From Patescibacteria group bacterium (GTDB lineage: Bacteria; Patescibacteriota; Minisyncoccia; UBA6257; JACRHW01), in assembly GCA_028865725.1 (NCBI GenBank), contig JAGWJP010000005.1:1-44063 (forward strand): a stretch of DNA of 44,063 bases. The letters are read 5' to 3'. This document shows positions 37,482-44,063 of this stretch, piece after piece. A program made the position numbers and the translations under genes. The notes under the pieces were generated by a model that was given only the letters and a program-made list of their open reading frames with translations, made no database searches and was not told where the DNA came from. Positions within the stretch are counted from its first letter, which is position 1; every line of letters begins with the position of its first letter.

Positions 37482-38771
37482 ATGGACCAAATGAAAGTAC
37501 TGCTCGTTGGAGGCGGCGGACGCGAACATGCAATTGCGTGGAAGCTTCGTCAGTCGCCGCGTCTCGGAAAACTCTACGTCGCGCCAGGTAATGCTGGAAC
37601 GGCGCAGATCGCGGAAAACGTCCCGGTGAAAGCTACGGACGTTGAAGGTCTCTTGGCCTTCGCACTCAAGGAAGGGATCGAATTCACCATTGTTGGTCAA
37701 GACGATCCGCTTGCACTCGGCATCGTCGATGCCTTTCAGGCGAAAGGACTAAAGATCTTCGGCCCGACGCAAGCAGCTGCACAGATCGAAGCATCGAAGG
37801 TGTTCTCAAAACGCCTGATGAAGGAATCGGGCGTGCCGACTACACTGTTTAATGTTTACACCGACCATGCCAGTGCGCTCGAGGAAGTGCGGAGACATTT
37901 CGCAGCTTACTCGGGACTGCCGACTGTCATCAAGGCGTCGGGACTCGCTCTCGGAAAAGGAGCATACGTCTGCCACACTCTTGCTGAAGCCGAACAGGCT
38001 CTCGACGAGATCATGGTGAAGAAGCTCCATGGCGGTGCTGGTGATCAGGTTGTCATCGAGGAATACGCGGGCGGACAGGAAGTGTCCATCCATGCGTTCT
38101 GCGACGGCAAGTCGTTCGAATTGTTTCCGTCAGCGCAGGATCACAAACCTGCGCTTGATGGCGACAAGGGTCCGAATACCGGCGGAATGGGAACTATCGC
38201 CCCGGTGCCCTGGTTCAATGCCAGCGACGCGGTAAGCGAGCAGATCGTGGGTCCGATTCTAGCAGGACTCCAGGAGAAAGGTTCGCCGTTTATCGGCCTG
38301 CTCTATCCTGGACTCAAGATGCCGGAAACGGGACCGATGGTCCTCGAGTTCAACGCTCGGTTCGGGGATCCGGAGACTCAGGTTTATATGCGCCTTCTGA
38401 AAACCGATTTGCTCGACATCTTCGAGGCATGCGTCGAAGGACGACTCCACGAGATCAACGTCGAGTGGAATCCTGGCTTCGCTGCCTGCATTGTGATGGC
38501 TTCAGGCGGATATCCGTCACCCGACTACAAGAAGGGCTTTCCGATCACCGGCATCGATAACGCCGAAATCCTTCCTGGAATCATCGTGTTCCATGCAGGG
38601 ACCAAGCAAGCTGATGGCAAGCTGGTTACATCCGGCGGCCGTGTTCTCGGCGTCACTGGTGTCGGTGCAACCCTTCAGGAAGCCCTTGATCATGCCTACC
38701 ACGGCGTCGAGTGCATCCGCTTCGAAGGGATGCAGTATCGCAAAGATATCGGTGCGAAGTCCCTGGTTTGA
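37482..38771 (+). CDS. purD: Phosphoribosylamine-glycine ligase
   Basis: GGGGREHA, APGNAG, QDHK...GPNTGGMG, EFNARFGDPE, SGGRVL. Confidence 0.98.
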   Translation: MDQMKVLLVGGGGREHAIAWKLRQSPRLGKLYVAPGNAGTAQIAENVPVKATDVEGLLAFALKEGIEFTIVGQDDPLALGIVDAFQAKGLKIFGPTQAAAQIEASKVFSKRLMKESGVPTTLFNVYTDHASALEEVRRHFAAYSGLPTVIKASGLALGKGAYVCHTLAEAEQALDEIMVKKLHGGAGDQVVIEEYAGGQEVSIHAFCDGKSFELFPSAQDHKPALDGDKGPNTGGMGTIAPVPWFNASDAVSEQIVGPILAGLQEKGSPFIGLLYPGLKMPETGPMVLEFNARFGDPETQVYMRLLKTDLLDIFEACVEGRLHEINVEWNPGFAACIVMASGGYPSPDYKKGFPITGIDNAEILPGIIVFHAGTKQADGKLVTSGGRVLGVTGVGATLQEALDHAYHGVECIRFEGMQYRKDIGAKSLV

Positions 38772-38796
38772 TTCATGGTGTTCGTTCGTAAAACAA

Positions 38797-38834
38797 AGGC
38801 CTGTGATCTAAAAAATCGCAGGCCTATTTTATTT
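38797..38834 (+). terminator. purD terminator
   Basis: aggcctgtgat...atcgcaggcct-attttattt. Confidence 0.7.
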
Positions 38835-38896
38835 GCTTTTTGTCAAATTTTGAGTAGTATCATCTTCAGAACTGAACCTTTAACAAAGAAAAGGAG
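38833..38896 (+). repeat. 64-bp promoter/RBS block, copy 2 (purM)
   Basis: Exact copy of 37409-37472. Confidence 0.9.
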
Positions 38897-38902
38897 CAAA
38901 GA

Positions 38903-40006
38903 ATGAGCATGACCTATGCGGGTACCGGCGTCAATTACAATGCTATGGACCCATTCAAACGGATGGCGCAGCTTGCTGCACGGGAAACAGCCGGCAACAT
39001 CGCTCGTCTCAACGGCGGCGAGTTCCGGGAGTTTGAACCCTCACGAGGCGAAAGCGCCTACCTCATCGAAGCGGCCAAAAGCTACTTCGCTCATGTCGAG
39101 GAAGGTCTCGGCACCAAGAACCTGGTCGCGGATGCGATGTATGCCCTCACCGGCAAGTCGTACTACGATCACATCGCTCAATGCACTGTCGCCATGATCG
39201 TGAATGATCTGGTGACTCTCGGCGCATTACCGATGTCAGTTGCCATGCATCTTGCAGTCGGTGTCTCAGACTGGTTCAACGACGATAACCGCACGCGCGA
39301 CCTGGTCAACGGCTGGAAGAAAGCCTGCGACTTGGCCCGCTGCACCTGGGGCGGAGGCGAAACGCCAACTCTCAAGGGTGTCGTGGTTCCTGAAGCCATC
39401 GTGCTCTCCGGTTCCGCTATCGGAATCGTGAAGCCGAAAGAGCGTCTCATCATCGGTAAGATTCAAGCCGGCGATGTGATCGTGATCATCGAGAGCTCCG
39501 GCATTCATGCCAACGGACTCACTCTGGCGCGGAAGATTGCTGACAAGCTGCCGGAAGGGTATCTCACGAAACTCTCCGACGGCCGAAGCTACGGCGAAAC
39601 GCTTCTCGATCCGACTCACATCTACGTCGGCCTCGTCGAGGACTGCCTCAACGCTGGTGTTGACATTCACTACGCGGTGAACGTTACCGGCCACGGCTGG
39701 CGCAAGCTGATGCGGTCAACGCAGGCATGGAGCTACATCATCGAGACGCTTCCAAAGCAACTTCCGATCTTCGACTTCCTGCAGGAGCAGGGACCGGTCG
39801 ATGACACCGAAGCCTACGGCAACCTCAACATGGGAGCGGGTTTTGCTCTCTATGTTTCGGAAGCCGATGTGGCGAAAGTTCTCGATGTCGCTCACAGCCT
39901 CGGTCTCGGCGCTCTGGCTGCCGGCCACATCGAAGCCGGCGACAAGAAAGTCGTGATCAAGCCCAAGAGTCTCGAGTATGCCGGTGAGACGCTGGCGGTC
40001 CGATGA
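38903..40006 (+). CDS. purM: AIR synthase (phosphoribosylformylglycinamidine cyclo-ligase), divergent subtype
   Basis: TYAGTGV, EGLGTK, VAMIVNDL, GGET, SSGIHANG, NVTGHG, NMGAG. Confidence 0.9.
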   Translation: MSMTYAGTGVNYNAMDPFKRMAQLAARETAGNIARLNGGEFREFEPSRGESAYLIEAAKSYFAHVEEGLGTKNLVADAMYALTGKSYYDHIAQCTVAMIVNDLVTLGALPMSVAMHLAVGVSDWFNDDNRTRDLVNGWKKACDLARCTWGGGETPTLKGVVVPEAIVLSGSAIGIVKPKERLIIGKIQAGDVIVIIESSGIHANGLTLARKIADKLPEGYLTKLSDGRSYGETLLDPTHIYVGLVEDCLNAGVDIHYAVNVTGHGWRKLMRSTQAWSYIIETLPKQLPIFDFLQEQGPVDDTEAYGNLNMGAGFALYVSEADVAKVLDVAHSLGLGALAAGHIEAGDKKVVIKPKSLEYAGETLAVR

Positions 40007-40031
40007 CTTCAAAGTTCCTCGTTTCAATCAT

Positions 40032-40068
40032 TACTCCGGGAGGGTCAAACCTTCCGGAGTATTTTTTT
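40032..40068 (+). terminator. purM terminator
   Basis: tactccgggagg...ccttccggagta-ttttttt. Confidence 0.75.
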
Positions 40069-40100
40069 ACTACACAAACATAAAATGGTATACTTTGCTT

Positions 40101-40424
40101 ATGGCAATACCAGATGATGAAAAAAATGCTATCTGGAAGGAGATTGAACAAAAGTCTCCTGATCTGATTGAAGCTTTTCTTTCGATAAAAAATGAGGACG
40201 AACTCAAAGCTTTTTTCCGTGATCTCATGAGCGAGCGGGATTTACGTGAGTTCGCGATGCGCTGGGAAGTTGCCAAGAAGCTCGACGCCGGAGTTCCGTT
40301 CTCCCAGATCCAGGAAGAATCCGGCGAGTCCCCCGTGACTATCACAAAAATAAATCGCTGGCTTAAAGAAGGGTGCGGCGGATATAAGATGATGATCGAC
40401 CGGCTCAGGGGCGAGGAAAAATAA
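40101..40424 (+). CDS. YerC/YecD TrpR-related protein (leaderless start)
   Basis: LIEAFLSIKNEDELKAFFRDLMSEREL-type core (SERDL here), RWEVAKKL, TITKINRWL..G.GGY; TGG-TATACT-N6-ATG at 40101. Confidence 0.88.
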   Translation: MAIPDDEKNAIWKEIEQKSPDLIEAFLSIKNEDELKAFFRDLMSERDLREFAMRWEVAKKLDAGVPFSQIQEESGESPVTITKINRWLKEGCGGYKMMIDRLRGEEK

Positions 40425-40518
40425 GCTAGTAAGCTCAGCAATAACAATATAGAATGAACTCGGACAGAGTTCATTTTACGTTAGAGAAAACATAAACCAC
40501 AAACAGAAGGAGGTTCCT

Positions 40519-41526
40519 ATGCAGTCAGCACATGCGCCGGCTCGTCAGGGAACCTGTGTGGTGAGCTTTGACGTAGCTGGCAGTCTTCAATCGTTCCGAT
40601 CAAAGGGGCTACAGGTTCCAGGACGAGATGATCTGATCTTTGTCAGACTACACCAAAGCCTTCTCGAAAGAGTGGTCAAGGCATTCCCGGGCATCACAGT
40701 CGTACCGATCGACAAGGATGAGCTCAGAGCAGAAATCTGGCATCAGGTGAACGACCGCATCGTACGCGACAGCAAACGTGCAGTCCTTGTAACTTGCTCC
40801 GAGATGGCAGCTCTGAACCATCAAGATGAGGGTCTAAACCTGAGCATCAACCGACTCTTCGACAGAGACGGAAAAATGCTCGGCTACGGTCCGCGTCCCG
40901 GGTTCGATTATCTGGACAAGCAGTTTGATGAGCTGCTCCGAAAGGTTGCCAGTCGTCACGTCATTCTGGCGAAAGAAGGGGCGTTCAGGGGAGATACCTG
41001 TCGCTTCATTCTGAGGGAGCTTGAAAAGCGTGGCGTATCGGTTGTCTCGACAATCATAGGGTTTGCCGATACCGGATCGAAGGCTTCCATTGAACAGGAG
41101 TTCAAGGGCGAGCTCGCCGTTATTCATTTATACGATCACCTCGTCGAATGGATAGCCGACCGAGATCTCATCCCATTCATGCCGGGCTGCGGACGTGTTG
41201 TCGGTGAACGCTCGACTCATAGCTTCATGCCGGTAAGAACGGCAGACGGCTTCAGCTGCGCCTATCCATATGTTGCACCGTTCGGTTTGACGGAAAAATG
41301 GATGAGCCTGTCTGAGTCAGGTGCTCGTGAGCTGTCGCGGTTCTTCCTCGACTTCAGCATCGAATTGTTCAGCAGAATCGGTCCTGAAACCACAGCAGGG
41401 GAGCTTCTGGGCGACAATCCCAGGGTTTCAATGCCTGTAATCGTGACCAATCACAGCCAAATTCCGGCTAAAGAGGCCAAAATCGTCGAATTCCTGCAGC
41501 AGGTGCGAAAAACACTCGCAGACTAG
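40519..41526 (+). CDS. Phosphoribosyltransferase-like protein with degenerate PRPP loop
   Basis: VILAKEGAFRGDT at the expected hhhhDDxxxTGxT position; SD GAAGGAGG upstream. Confidence 0.5.
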   Translation: MQSAHAPARQGTCVVSFDVAGSLQSFRSKGLQVPGRDDLIFVRLHQSLLERVVKAFPGITVVPIDKDELRAEIWHQVNDRIVRDSKRAVLVTCSEMAALNHQDEGLNLSINRLFDRDGKMLGYGPRPGFDYLDKQFDELLRKVASRHVILAKEGAFRGDTCRFILRELEKRGVSVVSTIIGFADTGSKASIEQEFKGELAVIHLYDHLVEWIADRDLIPFMPGCGRVVGERSTHSFMPVRTADGFSCAYPYVAPFGLTEKWMSLSESGARELSRFFLDFSIELFSRIGPETTAGELLGDNPRVSMPVIVTNHSQIPAKEAKIVEFLQQVRKTLAD

Positions 41527-41546
41527 GCGTTATTTCGCTCAAAGCC

Positions 41547-41583
41547 GATCGCATCACTTTAAAAGGGTGGTGCGATCTTTTTG
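41547..41583 (+). terminator. Intrinsic terminator
   Basis: gatcgcatcactt...gggtggtgcgatc-ttttt. Confidence 0.7.
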
Positions 41584-41662
41584 TTATCGCCAAAATGTCA
41601 TTATTTTGCTTGACTTTTTGAAGATTTAATACCGTATATTACTATCCAATAGATTATCCTTC

Positions 41663-41698
41663 TTGACAATAGCTAATCACTACACTAGGATGTAGTGA
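41663..41698 (+). promoter_or_regulatory. Integrase-operon promoter with palindrome over the -10
   Basis: TTGACA-17-TAGGAT; tcactaca-ctagga-tgtagtga inverted repeat. Confidence 0.65.
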
Positions 41699-41715
41699 CA
41701 ACCGAATATCAAGAA

Positions 41716-41937
41716 CATTGTCCCGAAAGGGATCCTGCCGGCAACGGCTGGATGCTAGCAATGGACTTTCCCAAGCTTTATCTTGCTAATACGCACAGGG
41801 ATAGTAAGATAAAGGTGCATGCCCGAAAGGGTATGTATCCCAAGCTTGGGATCTGACATAAGCCGATTAATTATATTAAAAAGCTTAGGTCAACCAAAAG
41901 TCCACTTTGACTAGCATCGAGTGGGCTTTTTGGTTGG
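41716..41937 (+). ncRNA. Structured leader RNA of the integrase: three-way-junction motif copy 2, stacked hairpins, terminator-like hairpin
   Basis: cattg-tccc GAAA ggga-tcct-gccggcaacggc-tg-gatgctag-caatg; ctttatcttgcta/tagtaagataaag; tgcatgccc GAAA gggtatgta; caaccaaaagtccact...agtgggctttttggttg with CTAGCA in the loop. Confidence 0.7.
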
Positions 41938-41943
41938 AAACCT

Positions 41944-42861
41944 ATGCTTTTCAAAGACGTAATAGATGAATTCACGAACTGGCGACAGTTCAAAATAAAT
42001 AGAACCACTACATCAGGCAACGACAAAGACCTGCGGCTTTTCTGCTTGTTTTTAAGAAATCCACATATCGAGGAGATCACGCTAAACGACGTGATGCTTT
42101 ACCTGAACCTCATGAGAGAAATCGGCTGGGCGCACAACAGCTTTATATCAAAGTGTATGGCGCTCAAGAAATTCTTTGAATTCTGCAATCTCAGAGGCTA
42201 CCGGGTCCTGAACGAAAACCTCATTCCAATACCTCAGAAGCAGTACAAGATTCCTAGAGTTGCTACTCCGGAAGAATACAAGAAATTGCTGGCTGTCATC
42301 CCGAAGAATACCGATCCGCGAAATGTCCGCAATGAAGCTATCGTAAGATTGTTATGGGATACCGGAGCACGCAACGGCGAGATACTCGCGCTTGATATGG
42401 ACGACCTAGATCTGGTTAACAACAAAGCTCTGATCAAGACTGAGAAAGCTAAGACTCGCAGACCATTACGAGAGATTTTTTGGACCAAGGAAACGAGCGA
42501 AGCGATACAGAAATGGATCGAGAGAAGGGAACGGTTCAAGAGAGGAAACGCACTCCGCGATCCGAATGCTCTCTTTATCTCCATTCACAATTCAGGCTGC
42601 AATAAAACTAGAGGATACCGCTTCAAGCCGAGCGGAGTATGCGAAATGCTTAGAGGCTATTCAAACAAAGCTGGTCTTGAGCGCCCAATGAATGCGCACT
42701 CAATGAGGCACTACATGGGCCGAAGTATTATCGAAAAAGGCGGTTCCAACTCTGACGTGACAAATATCCTTGGTCACTCTTGCATTGAAAGCTCAATGGT
42801 CTACACCATGATGTACGGAAAGCAGGCTGAGCAAAGGTATCGCAAATTTAGAGGAAAATAA
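41944..42861 (+). CDS. Tyrosine recombinase/integrase (XerC/D-like size)
   Basis: N-terminal SAM-like domain; catalytic R (TGARNGE), K (KTEK), HSMRH, LGH, Y (SSMVY). Confidence 0.93.
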   Translation: MLFKDVIDEFTNWRQFKINRTTTSGNDKDLRLFCLFLRNPHIEEITLNDVMLYLNLMREIGWAHNSFISKCMALKKFFEFCNLRGYRVLNENLIPIPQKQYKIPRVATPEEYKKLLAVIPKNTDPRNVRNEAIVRLLWDTGARNGEILALDMDDLDLVNNKALIKTEKAKTRRPLREIFWTKETSEAIQKWIERRERFKRGNALRDPNALFISIHNSGCNKTRGYRFKPSGVCEMLRGYSNKAGLERPMNAHSMRHYMGRSIIEKGGSNSDVTNILGHSCIESSMVYTMMYGKQAEQRYRKFRGK

Positions 42862-42873
42862 TATAATATAGCT

Positions 42874-43017
42874 ATGAAAAGAAAACCTGGAGAAATATTT
42901 ACTGCTGGCAAACATAAGGTCGTCTGGAATAAGAACGATCGTATAGTGGTGGTGGTCGATAAAAAAATTGTCTACACAAGGAACCAAAAGGAGACTTTGG
43001 ACGGTGCAGAAAAATGA
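42874..43017 (+). CDS. 47 aa hypothetical protein (not in the ORF track)
   Basis: MKRKPGEIFTAGKHKVVWNKNDRIVVVVDKKIVYTRNQKETLDGAEK; TGA directly abuts the next ATG. Confidence 0.5.
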   Translation: MKRKPGEIFTAGKHKVVWNKNDRIVVVVDKKIVYTRNQKETLDGAEK

Positions 43018-43299
43018 ATGTTGCCCTATGATAGCCCAGAATTTAAGATGCTATATGATATTTTGCACGGCACTCATGAATTGAAATATCGGGCTAAGGC
43101 ATCAGATAAAATCTTAAATGTAGAAGGTATTGGAATGATTGCTATTGCCGATACTCCAATGGCTCGTATGGTTGAGGCTGTGAGCAGTCTCCTCGGTGCA
43201 GAATTTGCTAGGATTTTACTTATGACAATTTGGGATAAAAAAGAGGGAAGAAAGATGGCGGAAAATATGCACATCAGAATGAAAAGTGCCAAATTGTAG
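43018..43299 (+). CDS. Hypothetical protein
   Basis: 93 aa ORF directly after the preceding stop codon. Confidence 0.55.
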   Translation: MLPYDSPEFKMLYDILHGTHELKYRAKASDKILNVEGIGMIAIADTPMARMVEAVSSLLGAEFARILLMTIWDKKEGRKMAENMHIRMKSAKL

Positions 43300-43335
43300 C
43301 GTTGTGAAATAAAAGGCGCTTGCTATAATTGAGAG

Positions 43336-43476
43336 GTGAAGAACAAAGCAGCCCAAGAGCTCGGAAAGAAAGGTGGCCAGAAGACCAAGAAGAAGTATGG
43401 TAAGAAATACTTCCAGGAAATTGGTCGAAAAGCCGCAAAAGTAAGGTGGGGAAAAAAGGACCCTGCCGTTGCTTGA
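43336..43476 (+). CDS. 46 aa KGG-motif basic protein (leaderless; not in the ORF track)
   Basis: MKNKAAQELGKKGGQKTKKKYGKKYFQEIGRKAAKVRWGKKDPAVA; TGC-TATAAT-N6-GTG. Confidence 0.75.
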   Translation: MKNKAAQELGKKGGQKTKKKYGKKYFQEIGRKAAKVRWGKKDPAVA

Positions 43477-43636
43477 TATATAATAAGCGCTTGGTATACT
43501 CCTTGTTGTAGAGCCATTTGAAAATTACATACCAAGGCTTGCTCGCCTACTAAGGCCGTAAAAGGGCATTTGTGGGCTTAATAGACGAGCAAAACCGAGC
43601 ATTTTCAAGGGTTATTTGCCAAAATAACCCAAATGT

Positions 43637-43673
43637 TGAGAAGATGGAGGTCTCATAGAGTTTAAGGTTTAGG
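43637..43673 (+). repeat. Right att junction of the prophage
   Basis: 16-bp identity to the ychF end and 27/30 identity to 4997-5026. Confidence 0.8.
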
Positions 43674-43869
43674 AAAAAATTTAGCCCCACAGTATTGCTA
43701 CTGCAGGGCATGAAAGGGTCCTATTTTTGGATCTTTCGATCTTAAACCTGATAGGAGTGACTCTGTTGCCTGTGATACAGTCAGGAAATCCGGATCTGTT
43801 TTTTCCTCGCCCTGCATCTCGGATGCAACAACTGCGGAGTCACACTTATCGTTAACAGCACCCAATTCC
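43673..43869 (-). ncRNA. Candidate ~195 nt rod-like non-coding RNA
   Basis: TTGACA(43905-43900)-18-TACAAT with TGn extension; long-range pairing gataagtgtgactc/gagtcactcctatc; GCAA-loop terminator. Confidence 0.5.
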
Positions 43870-43917
43870 TAAAGTATTGTAGCACGGCTAATGGTTTTCT
43901 GTCAAGTATAGGACTCT

Positions 43918-44063
43918 TGAATTCTAGTTTGAAGTGCAACACCTTCCGAACACCTCGCACGGAGTGCGCCAGTTAAGGCATTTGCGCCTGGTATGGTTCA
44001 TGAGCCAGACCGTGTTTCGCACATCCTTGTCACTAATCATACTGAAATCGGAGCCTTTTGGAT
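43918..44063 (-). mobile_element. Right end of an IS30-family element with transposase C-terminus (stop at 43926-43924), running off the window
   Basis: PKGSDFSMISDKDVRNTVWLMNHTRRKCLNWRTPCEVF; end GGTGTTGCACTTCAAACTAGAATTCA. Confidence 0.88.

Larger units (their letters stand above)
6128..43673 (+). mobile_element. Integrated podovirus-like prophage with cargo, ~37.5 kb, at ychF
   Basis: Full head-tail-lysis module, integrase near the right att, ychF-derived sequence at both ends, and an RNA motif and an arm-like motif shared by both ends. Single-element status is inferred. Confidence 0.65.

Noticed and set aside
43858-43867. GCACCCAATT partial match to the late promoter motif
   Set aside because: It lacks the dyad and the spaced -10, and lies outside the prophage.

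Overview
The window looks like a Patescibacteria/CPR-type chromosome segment (inference from the small secreted AAWWNP-type protein, an S-layer-like protein and many leaderless genes), bounded by an IS3-family end on the left and an IS30-family end on the right. Core genes zwf and ychF are followed by an integration hotspot at the ychF 3' end. Five related copies of that 3'-end sequence occur at about 4855-4885, 4997-5026, 5124-5160, 6094-6141 and 43637-43673; the first three delimit two tiny gene-less units. The region from about 6128 to 43673 appears to be one ~37.5 kb integrated podovirus-like prophage. It carries early/replication genes with an iteron origin, a ParB-methyltransferase, TerS/TerL, portal, scaffold, capsid, tail and ejection proteins, and lysis genes. 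These are followed by cargo (Fic, an AT-rich 4-gene block, purL/purN/purD/purM, a TrpR-like regulator, a PRTase-like gene) and a tyrosine integrase. No CI-like repressor is recognisable. The most unusual signals are: (i) a three-way-junction RNA motif present in front of both the integrase and a SymE-like gene, with a complementary target in a terminator loop, resembling c4/P4-CI RNA immunity; (ii) four late promoters of identical geometry, three of which predict leaderless mRNAs; (iii) tandem att mini-units and att-adjacent ~190 nt structured transcripts; (iv) purine-synthesis cargo with a 64-bp duplicated promoter. All calls come from reading the sequence by eye; no database search was run.
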